From Sphyrna mokarran (Eukaryota): a stretch of 64,000 nucleotides of DNA. Every line of letters starts with the position of its first letter. Within the stretch, counting starts at the first letter, position 1. Positions 39,306-51,049 of this stretch are shown piece after piece. The notes below the pieces were generated by a model. The model was not told the DNA's origin. It did no database searches and was given only the letters and a program-made list of their open reading frames with translations. The translations under genes were made by a program, and so were the position numbers. Location of the stretch: the NCBI GenBank assembly GCA_024679065.1, contig JAGIQG010000012.1:86800001-86864000 (forward strand). The letters run 5' to 3'.

Positions 39306-41469
39306 CGAGGGCTGATTAGGGTCCAGAAGGTGGATTTAAACCTGGAGGCAGGGGTATAGTTGAAGGATTAAATAAACAAATGAGAAAATAATTCAGACAT
39401 TACAAGGGTTTACAACAGATAAAGAGGAAGTATTGGGTAGGCTGTGTACTTGGTGTTGATAAGGCACCAGGACCAGATGAGATACCAAGAGAAATCAGAA
39501 TGCAAACTGCGGATGCATTCACCAGAATTTCTTAGTTTTGTTTTAGACTGGTGCCAGAAGATTGGAGAAGTCATGTCTTTCTTCATAAAAGCCAAGGAAT
39601 TACAGGCCAATTGGTTTAAATTCTGTCGTGGAGAAACCTGCAGAAACAATAATTTGGGATAAAATTAGTAGCCACAGAAAAATCAGCAAGGATTTCTAAA
39701 GGGAAAATCATATTCAACTAATTTGCTGATGTTTTTTGAAGAGGTAGGAGAGGGTTGGTATGGGCAATGTTGTTCATGTGGCTTAGATGGACTAACAAGA
39801 GGCATTTGGTACAGTGCCACACAACAAACCTCTGAGCAAAATGATAACTCATGGGGTAAAAGGGACAGTACCAAAACAGATACAAAACTGGCTGCACAAC
39901 AAGAAATAGAACACAGTGATTAATGGATGCTTTTCAGATTGGTAGAAGGTTTGTATTGGAATTCCAATGGGTCAGCATTGGTGCTCTTGCTTTTCCTTGT
40001 ATATCAACTATCTGGACATTGGGATAGCAGACACAATTTCAAAATTTACAGATGAACCAAAATTTGGAAGTTTGTGAACTATGAGGAGAAGATTTTCAAG
40101 TGGACAGGGACAAGTTGAAGTAGCTGGATGGGTGGTCAATGAAGTTCAGTGTGGAAAAATGTGAAGTGATTGTTTTGTAGTAAGAACACAGATTATGTGA
40201 AACAAAAGATACTCCTTTAAATGGGGTGCAGGAGTGGGGGCCCAGAGTCTATATGTGCAGAAGTCATTGAAGTTTTAGCAGGTTTAGAACATACTTAATA
40301 AGGTATACAGAATCTTAGGTTTTATTAATAGGGATGTGTAGTATAAGAACAAGGAGGTTTTGTTGAGCTAAGGCAATAGTTTGGTATCAGTTGGAGTATC
40401 GTATCTAGACCTAGGTGTTATATTTTAAGAAGGATGTGAATGCATTATAGAGGATGCAGAAGAGGTTTAGAAGAGTGGTTCTAGGCATGAGAACCTTCAG
40501 TGATGATGATAAATTGGGGAGGTTGGAACTGTTCTCTTTGGTTGAGAGGAAATTTGATAGAGATGTTCAAAATCATGAGGGGTCTGAACAGAATAGACAG
40601 GGAGAAACTGTTCCATTTGTGAAAGGATCAAGAATGAGGACACAGACTTAAAATAATTGCCAAAAGGAGCAAAAGTGATATGAGAAAGACTTCTTGTTCA
40701 CACGGCAAGCTTAGAATTCATTGTCTGAGAGTGTGATGAAGGTAGGTTTAATTAAAACATTTGAAATGCATACTGCAAGCCTGACTTGACAATCTTAAAT
40801 TGTAAGTTGGGCTCGTAGTGTGGCACATTTGCGTGTACTGGAGGCTGCATAATTAATACACAGGATTAATTTCTTGTAGACAGAAACAACATTTACACAC
40901 ATTGCATCTGTTTCAGATAACTGAAAGAAATGACAGCCATTTGCTGATTCATTCTCGAAGGCAAAGCCTTGATCAATCAGGGTCAAGCTGTCTAGTTTAC
41001 ATTTGAAACAATGTTTGACAGTTATCTATCAGTCACCATCAACTGGGGCATTCTCCATGGAAACACTACATCAATCAGAGTCCACTTGTCACCCAATCAG
41101 CATTCCCTTCACATGCAGTATAAATTGTGAATTTTCCCTTATGTAGGTATTCTTGAAATGTATTCTGATGAGTGCAAGCTAAAGTCCTGTGCTACAATTC
41201 CATAAGAATTTTCTTTCCCTTTTAGTTTGATTTCATTGGTAATTAGAACTTTGATTTTGAAATGTGAAAGCCTTTCCCTTGTGAATATCATTAACGGTGT
41301 GTTCAGTTTTTGTATCTTGCAAACAGAGTTGCAGGGTTCTGTTTTTATCAGTGCTCTTCCTGGGGTGTTTTTGTGGTTGATTTGATCACATGCTAAAGGA
41401 ATTTGAACCCATATCCCAACACCATCAGTGTGGATTTCTGGGTGATTTGTCCAGTGACATTTCTACCAC

Positions 41470-42262
41470 CCACACTATGTTCAAATGCAACAAGATCTGG
41501 ACAACATCCAGGCTTGGGCTGATGAGTGGCAAGTAACATTCATGCCACACATTGCCAGGCAATGACCAAGAGACACTCTAACCACTGCCCCTTGACATTC
41601 AATGGTATAGCTATCACTGAATTCCCTACTATCTACATCCTTGGGGTTACCATTGACCACAACTCAACTGGACTCACCACATAAACACAATGGCTACAAG
41701 AGCAGATCAGAGGCTAGGAATGTTGTGGCAAGTAACTCACCTCCTGACTCCCCCAAGCCTATCCATCATCTACAAGGCACAAGCCAGGAATGTGATATAA
41801 TACCCCTCACTTACCTGGAGGGCTGCAGCTCCAACCACATTCAAGAAGCTTGACACAATCCAGGACAAATAGCCTGCTTGATTGACACCACATCTACAAA
41901 ATTCAAGCTCTCCACCACTGACGTTCTGTACCAGCAGTGTGTACTATTTGCAAGATGCACTGCAGCAATTCACCCAAGATCCTTAGACAGCACCTTCCAA
42001 ATCCATGACCACTTTCAGCTAGAAGGACAAGGGCAGCAGATAAATGGGAACATCATCGCCAGCAAGTTCCCCTCCAAGCCACTCACCATCCTGACTTGGA
42101 AGAATATCACCGTTCCTTCGTATTGTGGATCAACCCACAGAACATGGATTGTAGCGATTCAAGAAGGCAGCTCACCATTGCCTTCTGAAGGGCAACTAAG
42201 GATGGGCAATAAATGCTGACCTGTCAGCAATGTCTGTGTCCCACAAATGAATTAAAAAAAAA
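41470..42262 (+). mobile_element. 3' part of the divergent CR1/Jockey-group LINE
   Basis: Matches reverse complement of 15650-16050; ends gggcaactaaggatgggcaataaa...aattaaaaaaa. Confidence 0.85.
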
Positions 42263-43893
42263 CACCTCCCCCAGTAGTTTGAGAATCCTGTTGCCTTGTC
42301 TAAACAGTTAGATGTTTACTGCACCATTGGAGACTTTTTTTTTACATTTTTCATTTATTCTATCATGTTTCTGTTGTGCTGAGCATTCAAATTCCATTTG
42401 TCAATAATGTTAAAATTAGACTGAGGCCATTTCAGGGTGATGTGGTATCACACAAGTAGTGATAGGAGCCGAACTCTCCGCTAAGCAGCTGTAGACACTG
42501 GGAGTCAATTGAATATTCTGAAACTGAGGTCAGTATGTTTCTGTTAGATGGGTGTAAGGGATATGGATACTGATCAAATATAATCGAATAGAATAATGGA
42601 ATTGAATCAAAGGGTTGAATAGTTCACCCCTGTCTCAGTAAGTCTGTTGTTATGCAGCCTGTGTCCCAATGAAGTTACCACGTTCCCTGTTTCGTTGTTG
42701 AACCAAACTGTATTCACTTTTCATCCTGTATCTAAGCAGCTCCTGCAAAGAATGAACACATTGGAACCTCTGGTACTTCTGATCTTTGACTGGCATTATG
42801 AATCATTAACAGATAATGTCAGGCTCTCACTCATTCTCTGGACCCAATGCATGTGCGCTCTCTCTCACTCACACTCACGCATTCACACTCACGTGTGCGC
42901 ACACGTGTGCTCAAAAGCAATCACTAATGCTGCTCCACATGTTGCCTCACGTAGTTGATCTGAAATACTCTGCTGTGACATGTCTGCTGATTCATGAGAT
43001 TTTTTTCTGGCATTCACGGTTTACTTGTGTCTGATTTGTCCCCGAGTTTATTGTTTCTGTGGAACCTTTTCACATAATTTAATTAGTCCAGGGCACGTGC
43101 TACTGAACAAGGTCAGCTGCTGATCAGCTTGAACATTTGGTTTTAGGATGACCACTGGTGTGTGGAAGTGACTAAGTTACAGCAAACCAGTGTCTTCTCC
43201 ACTTCCCAGCGAGATATGAGTCTTTATCTGGTGAACCCTGGGACAGAGTCCTCTTGCCAAATGTCTTCTGGAAGTATAAACTGTTTACATCTTAGAGACA
43301 GTCCTTGCATGTTAAATTGCTGACGACATGAGGAGGCAATGACTTACTGACTGCCTTCTATACAGACTATTCCAAACATCCTATAGACTATGAGCAGTTA
43401 CGGGCATTGTTTGCTACCGTGATTCTATTCCCGGGACTGAATCGTGAGTCAGCTAAGAGAACACAATTGATTTAATCATTCTGAAGGTGATAGAGTCACT
43501 GGCATTTATTGCCCATCCCTAGTTATCCCGAGAAGATGGCAGTGGGTCACCTCTCGAACCGCAGGTTGAAGTTTAATGCGATTCAGTGGCAGGGAACTGT
43601 TAACAAGAATGGAAGTGACAAGAGAGCACACTGGGTGAGGGAGCAAAAATGACACTTATCCATTGCTATTTGGACTTTGTTCCTTCAGTATTTGTCCCTT
43701 GGTCCTCGATTTAATAGAAATGATTCTTACTGTCCTCTGTTTAAGGTATTTTCTGTTACTTAAGTGGAGAACTGAACTCACTGCCATTTCTATTGCAGAT
43801 GGAGTAGTAATACTAGTGATGTGTGCTGTTGTTATGGTGACTCTGAGGAAATATTTTCCATTGTTTTGATAACTTTTCATCTCTTATAGCAGA

Positions 43894-43963
43894 ATGGGTC
43901 GTCTCTTCATTTCCATCGCACATTTCTTCATAATGCTGGCTGCAGCTCAGGGCTTCACGGTTG
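43894..43963 (+). CDS. B7/butyrophilin-like Ig receptor, signal-peptide exon (MGRLFISIAHFFIMLAAAQGFTV)
   Basis: Pyrimidine tract and tag/cag acceptor at 43887-43892, ATG at 43894, hydrophobic leader with AAAQG cleavage-type end, G|gtgagt donor at 43964 (phase 1), in frame with the IgV exon. Confidence 0.85.
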
Positions 43964-44079
43964 GTGAGTGTGTGGCTCCATCTGTCTGTCACTCTGTTAT
44001 TCAGGAGCCCCTCTTCCACCGGCACCCTCTCGCCATCTTTCTCTTAGGTGATCCCCCGGAATCGAGGATGATTTGCCTC

Positions 44080-44620
44080 AACTCTGGTTGGGAGAAAGCT
44101 GATCAATCCAATGTGCCATATGTGGACTCTGCCACCTGCTGGGTAGGTGGTGATTGAAGAGTTGTGTAGATGGGTTGGTAAGAGGTTTGCGTGCTCCCAC
44201 CAATGCCTCAACTTCACCTCTACACAATCCTGAATGAACCTTTGACATTTTGCTTGGATATTTGACAGGACCTCCTGTGAGTGGGTGGGTATGTTTCATC
44301 ACTTCGAGTATGCTTGAGACACCCTGAAAATGTTTGTGCTGTCCTCTTGGCAGTCTCCGGCTGGGACTGAGTTCCGGGTGGAACAGTGGCTTTGTGAACC
44401 TGCTGTTAGGTACACAAGCAGCGTGTCTGACTCAGCGGAGCTGGTTCTAGGTGATTAACACCACAACACTCGGCGTATGGCAAAGGACAATGCTGTTGGA
44501 CCATATTTCTTGCCACTGAATTTGAAAGATGCTGAGAAGGTGATTTGGGTGACACTTATCCAGTGCTCTGGGATGCTTGCCATAGGTTGTCCATACCTCC
44601 AAAACATACAGGAGAGCATG
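44080..44620 (-). mobile_element. RTE-clade LINE 3' remnant in intron 1
   Basis: Minus-strand decayed NQLR..H...RFTKPLF.PEL..RRLPRGQHKHF, resembling RTE C-terminus. Confidence 0.6.
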
Positions 44621-44625
44621 GATCA

Positions 44626-44983
44626 CTGTGTTACTGACTTATCTTTACTCATGTTAATCCAGCTCCCTCACACTGTCACTCAGTAGCCCCTCTTCCCTCA
44701 GCTCCTTGTGTTATTGACTGTATCTGTACTGATGTTGATCCAACTCCTTCACTCTATCAATAACCCCTCTCCTCTAGCCCTCTCTGTTACTGACTGTATC
44801 TGTACTGATGTTAATCCAGCTCCCTCACACTGTCACTCAGTAACCCCTCTCCCCCAGCACCCTGTGTTACTGACTGTATCTGTACTGATGTTAGTCCAGC
44901 TCCCACACACTGTCACTCAGTAACCCCTCTCCCCCAGCACCCTGTGTTACTGACTATATCTCTACTGATGTTAATCCAGCTCC
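44626..44983. repeat. Minisatellite, ~4.5 x 80 bp
   Basis: Units start at 44626, 44706, 44782, 44862 and 44942 (ctgtgttactgactgtatctgtactgatgttaatccagctcc...). Confidence 0.95.
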
Positions 44984-45051
44984 GTCACGTTTGTTAATAC
45001 CTGAAGCCCTGGTTAAAACAGAGCAGTGATCTGATGCCATGTTTGTTACAG

Positions 45052-45393
45052 ATGATTTGAAGGTTAACTGTGAGGTGGACCAAATCACAGTGATGTTTGG
45101 AAGAGATCTTCTTATTGGCTGCCGTTACCATCCTGTAAATGAATCCAAAGCCATTGCTTTCTACTGGATGAAGGTGGAGACTATGGTGATAATCTATAAT
45201 TACAGCAGTAGCAGCCTGGGACGTCTGGACCCCAGCTATCAGCGCAGAGCTAAGGTCGATATCAGTGAGATCCGGAATGGGAATGTGTCCCTGAAATTGA
45301 AGAATGTGACTGTGTCTGATTCAGGACTGTACAGACTCTCTGTCACTAGTCAATCCCAAAGCAATGAGATAACGGTTGCTGTGGATATAAGAG
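45052..45393 (+). CDS. B7/butyrophilin-like Ig receptor, IgV exon (342 nt)
   Basis: ttacag acceptor, G|gtagga donor, phase 1-1; V-set motifs LLIGCRY, FYW, YQRRAKV, GNVSLKLKNVTVSDSGLY as in B7/BTN IgV; four N-glycosylation sequons. Confidence 0.93.
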
Positions 45394-46039
45394 GTAGGAA
45401 GAAGTAAATACTCTCAATCATATTGCATGTATGATTATAGCCCCCTGTCCCCCACAATCCCCCTGTCACGTGCCTCCTATCACAAACCGCAAATGGATAG
45501 GCAGCCAGAAAGCAGCAATGTGTGACCTGCACTGAATCGTTCCTGTACTTAGAATTTATACCGACATCAGTCTTTCTAAAAATCATGATGGGACGTGGGT
45601 GTCGCTGGCTTGTTCATTGCTCATTTTCAGTTATCCTTCTGAAAGTGGTGCTGAGTTGCCTCCTTGAACTGTTGCAGTCCCTGAGGTGTGGGTGCATCCA
45701 CAGTGCTGATACGGAGAGCATTCCAGCATTTTGACCCAGTGACAGTGAAGTAATGCCGATATGTTTTCAAGTCAGTATGATGAGTGGCTTGGAGGGGAAC
45801 TTGCAGGTGGTGGTGTTCCCTTGCCCTTCCAGGTGGTAGTGGTTTATAGTAGCTGCTGCCTATAAAGCAGTGGTGACCCCCTGCAGTATATTTTGTAGAT
45901 GACACACATGGCAGCTACTGTTTGTCGGTGGTGCCCAGTGGGCATTATTAAGGTTATTAAGGCTGGCACCCCCCACCTTGTCCTCAGCTTCACCAGGGAT
46001 CCCTCAGTGCCTCTGCTTCCACCAGCGAGGCCAACATTT

Positions 46040-48291
46040 GTGACCACAATTCGGTTACGTTCACCTTAGTGATGGATAGGGATAGGCATGAAGCTGGGGG
46101 CAGTAGTTATAGCTGGGGCAAGGGTAATTATGAGGCCATAAAGAGAGAATTAGGGTGCCTAGGTTGGACTAGGAAACTACAGGGACTGGGAACATCTGAA
46201 ATGTGGAGCTTATTCAAGGAGCAGCTGCTGCGAGTCCTTGATAAGTATGTCCCTGTCAGGCAAGGAGGAAATGGTCGAGTAAGGGAACCTTGGTGTACGA
46301 AAAAAGTTAATTCGCTGGTTAAAAGGAAAAAGGAGGCTTATGTCAGGATGAGGCTTGAAGGCTCGGTTAGTGCAATGGATAGCTATAGATTAGCCAGGAG
46401 GGAGCTAAAGAGTGAATTGAGGAGAGCTAAGAGGGGACACGAGAAGACTTTGGCTGATAGGATTAAGGAGAATCCTAAAGCTTTCTTTAGATATGTTAAG
46501 AATAGAAGATTGGTTAGGGCAAGATTAGGGCCAGTCATAGACAGCAGTGGGAAGTTGTGCGTGGAGCCTGAAGAGATTGGTGAGGCACTGAATAAATATT
46601 TCTCTTCGGTATTCACGCAGGGTGATGTAAATGTAGTTGTGGAGAACACTGAGGTACAGGGTTGCAAATTGGGAAGTATTGTAGTAGATAGGGAGGATGT
46701 GCTAGATATTCTTGAGGGTTTGAAGTTGGATAAGTCCCCTGGGCCGGACGGGATTTACCCTAGGATTCTCTGGGAGGCAAGAGAGGAGATTGCAGAGCCT
46801 CTGGCTCTGATCTTCAGGTTGTCGTTGGTTACGGGTGTGGTTCCGGAGGACTGGAGGATAGCGAATGTGGTCCCGTTGTTCAAGAAGGGGAAGAGAGATC
46901 TTCCAGGGAATTATAGGCCAGTGAGTCTTACTTCTGTTGTGGGCAAAGTATTGGAGAGAATAATTAGGGATAGGATTTATAGTTATTTAGAGAGAAATGA
47001 ATTGATTGGGGATAGTCAGCATGGTTTTGTGAAGGGTAGGTCGTGCCTTACTAACCTCATTGAGTTTTTTGAAAAAGTGACCAAAGAGGTGGATGGGGGT
47101 AAGTCGGTTGATGTGGTATATATGGACTTTAGTAAGGCGTTCGATAAGGTGGCCCATGGAAGGCTTCTGCAGAAAATGCAGATGTATGGGATAGAGGGTG
47201 ATTTAGCTAATTGGATTAGGAATTGGCTAGCAGATAGAAGACAGAGGGTGGTGGTTGATAGGAGATATTCATCGTGGAGTTCGGTTACAAGTGGTGTACC
47301 TCAGGGATCTGTTTTGGGGCCCCTGCTGTTTGTAATTTTTATAAATGATCTGGATGAGGGTATTGAAGGATGGATTAGTAAATTTGCGGATGACACCAAA
47401 GTCGGAGGAGTGGTAGATAGTGAAGAGGGGTGTTACAGTTTGCAGAGAGACTTGGACAAGTTGCAGAGCTGGGCGAGAGGTGGCAAATGGAGTTTAATGT
47501 GGAAAAGTGTGAGGTAATGCACTTTGGCAGGAATAATAAATGTGTAGAGTATAGGGCTAATGGTAGGATTCTTAATAGTGTTGATGAACAGAGGGATCTT
47601 GGTGTGTATGTGCATAGATCCCTGAAAGTAGGCAGTCAAGTCGATAAGGTTGTTAAGAAGGCATATGGAGTCTTAGCTTTTATTGGTAGGGGGATTGAAT
47701 TTCGGAGCCGCAACGTCATGTTGCAACTGTACAAAACTCTAGTGCGGCCGCACTTGGAGTATTGTGTGCAGTTCTGGTCCCCACATTATAAGAAAGATGT
47801 GGAGGCATTGGAGAGGGTACAGAGGAGGTTTACCAGGATGTTGCCTGGTATGGAGGGCAGGTCTTATGAAGAGAGGCTGAGGGATTTGAGGTTGTTTTCG
47901 TTAGAAAGGAGGCGGCTAAGAGGGGACCTTATTGAAACATATAAGATGATTAGAGATTTAGATAGGGTGGACAGTGATAGCCTTTTTCCTAGGATGGAGA
48001 AAGCTAGCACGAGGGGACACAGCTTTAAATTAAGGGGTGATAGTTATAGGACGGATATCAGAGGTAGGTTCTTTACCCAAAGGGTGGTTCGGGAGTGGAA
48101 TGCCCTGCCTGCGGCGGTTGTAGATGCGCCAAGTTTGGTGGCGTTTAAGAGGTTAGTTGATAAGTATATGGAAGAGAAGGGAATGGTTTCGTTTGGAGGG
48201 GCATTGCTTTTTATATTGGTCGGCGCAACATCGAAGGCCGAAGGGCCTGTTCTGTGCTGTAATGTTCTGTGTTCTATGTTCTATGTTCTGT
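46040..48291 (+). mobile_element. Young 5'-truncated CR1, ORF2 almost intact (one frameshift at ~47475)
   Basis: 482-aa and 287-aa overlapping ORFs with complete RT ([16 protein letters not shown]); (TATGTTC)n tail; flanks aacatttgtga / aacattggtga. Confidence 0.97.
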
Positions 48292-48789
48292 AACATTGGT
48301 GAGGTGCAGGTATTTTCAAGCTGGAGAGAACCTCTCCCAGTGAGGTCAGAAAGGCAAGCAGACCCAGAGGATTGATAGCCAGACTCACTAAACAGATGCA
48401 AATCTTCATTTCAATAAATTTAAATACATTATCCAGCCTCTCGCCGGAGAGGCTGACCTTGCCGGAATTCCAGCTTCCGTAAGATGACGAGAGCCGGGAA
48501 ATCAGGCGATTCCAATTCTCAACTGTTGCTCAATTTTGCCAGCCCATCGATAGGTAACTGTGAGATATAGAAGCAGAATTAGGCTGTTCAGCTCATCGAG
48601 TCTGCTCCACCATTCAATTATGGCTGATTTTTTTCTTATCCCCATTCTCATGCATTTTCCCCATAATCCCTGATTCCTTTATTAATCAGGAACCTATCTA
48701 TCTCTGTCTTAAAGACACTCAATGGCTTTGCCTCTTCCGGTAAAATTCTGCCTTTTGTCTTTGATCCTCTTGGGACATGATGTCTCTCC

Positions 48790-49350
48790 AAACTTAGTAT
48801 CTTACTTAATTAATCCTGCCATTTCCCCCACCACCACCTCCGCACCCATCTTTCTTTCTTTTCTAAACACCTTTAGTGCAGTATGTTTACTATCCAATCT
48901 TACTGCATGAACCAGGTAAAGCCAGGCTTCATGTGGTAATCTGCACCTATAACTCATCAATCTCATCACCACACTCTGCACATTCACATTCATCAACAGC
49001 AGCCCTGATTTAATCTTTGTTACCCTCTCCCTTATTCTGAACACACTGAATAGCTTACAATCTCCTGTTATAGTGCTGCCTGTCTCTCCCAGTGTTCTGA
49101 ACAGTTTGATATTCCTCTCTGGTATTTCCGTTTGCTTCCCACAGTCTTGCCAAGTTCCCCAACAGCACAAACAAATTGCTCCACAAGGAAATTGCTCTCG
49201 GACCTGTTCCACTGCAGCCAGTCCAGCTCCTACAAATGCTACCTCCCCTTGTGCCAGTCCCAGTGCTCCAGGAATTAAAACTCTCCCTCCTCAGCATTTT
49301 CATGGCTGTACCTATTCCTATAGTCACTTCCGCTTGCTGCTAAGGGAAGT
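48790..49350 (-). mobile_element. CR1 internal fragment (ORF1/ORF2 junction)
   Basis: KIKSGLLLMNVNVQSVV endonuclease start; resembles 37480-37870. Confidence 0.65.
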
Positions 49351-50249
49351 TATTTAAATGGTAGTAAGTACAGATATGGATACTCAATGTCACAAAAATA
49401 ACTTTCATCCTGGAATTTTCCATGGCTTAGCCTATCTGTTTTATACAGAAGCTCCTGCTGTATTTTCAATTTCTAAACCTTTCAATTAAAGAAATTAAAC
49501 ACGTTGGAGTTAGGATATGGAGTTGCCAGCTGGAGGCTGTATTGGTGTACGTCTCCAGCTAATGGGGTCACGTTGAGACAGGATATATCCAATGGTTCAG
49601 GTCTTTCATTCTTTCTTTAATCCATTTTGCCGCTACATTCCATCAGAGGTTTAAAATGTAAACTCCTTTTCATCTGACAAGAAATGTGACTGAACTGCTT
49701 AATGACTGCAGACATGGCAAGGTGAGGAGAAATCCTTTCACACAGCATCTTGTTGTGAGCTGGAATCTGCTACCTAAAATGGCAAAAAAAGTCTGATGGA
49801 AGCAGATTCAGTTGCTGTGTTTGAACGAAAGTTGGATAAAAATGGAAGTTTGCGAAGTTATGAGGAAAGGATAGAAGAAGGGGATGAATTAGTTGTCCTC
49901 TCAAAGGGCTGGCACAGGCATGGTGGACCAAATGGTTATCTCTTATGATTTATTACAAGCACTTGATATGAAATACGAGACTGTATAATGTAAATCCATT
50001 ACACTTGTTAACTAGTTTGTGTTAGTCTCCAGTATTTCTTCTGTAATAGAATGTACACACTCCAGGCTATGGGTGTCTGATGGTTAAAAGTCACTGGGTA
50101 GGAGTTAAAGAACATATGGACTTTGAACACTGTTAGTATCCGATGACCCTGTAAAGTAATGGAAGGATGGAACCCATGCTGTGCCCCTGGGGTGGTGGAC
50201 GCCACATTAGAGGGATCGTTAGGTAGTGTGCTGCAATGTTAGGTAAGGA

Positions 50250-50560
50250 CATCACAGTGGTTAGCACTACTGCCTCACAGCGCTAGGAACTCAGATTTGA
50301 TTCCCGGCTTAGGTCACTGTCTGTGTACAGTCTGCACATTCTTCCCGTGTCTGCATGGTTTCCTCCAGGCGCTCCTGTGTCATCCCACAGTGTGAAAGAC
50401 ATGCTGATTAGGTGCATTGACCATGCTAAAATTACCCTTAGTGTCAAGGGTTAACAAGGGGAAATAAGTAAGGTTTCAGGGAATAGGGCTTGGGTGGGAT
50501 TGTGGTCGGTGCAGACTCAATGGGCTGAATGGCATTCTTCTCTACTGTAGGGATTCTATG
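50250..50560 (+). mobile_element. V-SINE (HE1-like) in intron 2
   Basis: Head, V-domain and CR1-type tail. Confidence 0.88.
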
Positions 50561-50747
50561 TTCGCCTGGTCCCAGGGGTTTTGCAAGTTGTGTTCAAGGG
50601 GTCCTTGGTTGGGATGGATGTGTGGGAATGGGGCCACATTAAAAAGCTCCTGGGGCTGCGGGGAGCTGGGGTTAAAGGGGTGCTGGGAGAAACAGGCTTT
50701 CCTGGTAAGTGTGTACTCCATTACAGATGTTTTCTCTTCCCTCACAG

Positions 50748-51032
50748 CTATCGGTGAGCCACCAATCATCTACTCCTACGTTACTGAAGAGGGTATCCCC
50801 ATGTTGGTCTGTGAATCGTCTGGATGGTTCCCAGAGCCAACTGTTACTTGGGAAAATGGACTTGGCAAAAAGATGGTTAAACATGTGCAAACAGAGACAA
50901 TCAACTACTCAAATGGGACATTCCACACAAAGAGTACAATCAGGATAGACAATGGAATATTCGGCAATTACACCTGCACCGTAACAGACCGACAGTTGAA
51001 CAAATCACTCTCATTTGAATATGTCGTTTTGA
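50748..51032 (+). CDS. B7/butyrophilin-like Ig receptor, IgC exon (285 nt)
   Basis: tcttccctcacag acceptor, A|gtaagt donor, phase 1-1; AIGEPP..LVCESSGWFPEPTVTW...GNYTCTV matches the BTN/B7 C-domain pattern CxSxGWYPEPxVxW...YxC; four sequons. Confidence 0.95.
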
Positions 51033-51049
51033 GTAAGTATAGAAGTCAC

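Larger units (their letters stand above)
34072..40770 (+). mobile_element. Ancient near-full-length CR1 (5' UTR, ORF1, ORF2), broken by at least six nested insertions
   Basis: Decayed ORF1 Cys/coiled-coil start ~34864; esterase-like EQPAVMVLIGTSD ~36970; endonuclease start ~37770 (NVKSV..ALTETW); RT ~39690-40080; 3' coding end ~40770. Confidence 0.7.

Noticed and set aside
43663-43869. Hydrophobic 68-aa ORF before the signal exon
   Set aside because: T-rich intron sequence ending at the pyrimidine tract; no ATG start
46069-48293. 482-aa and 287-aa ORFs as host genes
   Set aside because: CR1 ORF2 reverse transcriptase; 5'-truncated and frameshifted
50558-50747. N-terminal part of the 185-aa ORF
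   Set aside because: Intronic; the real exon starts at the 50748 acceptor
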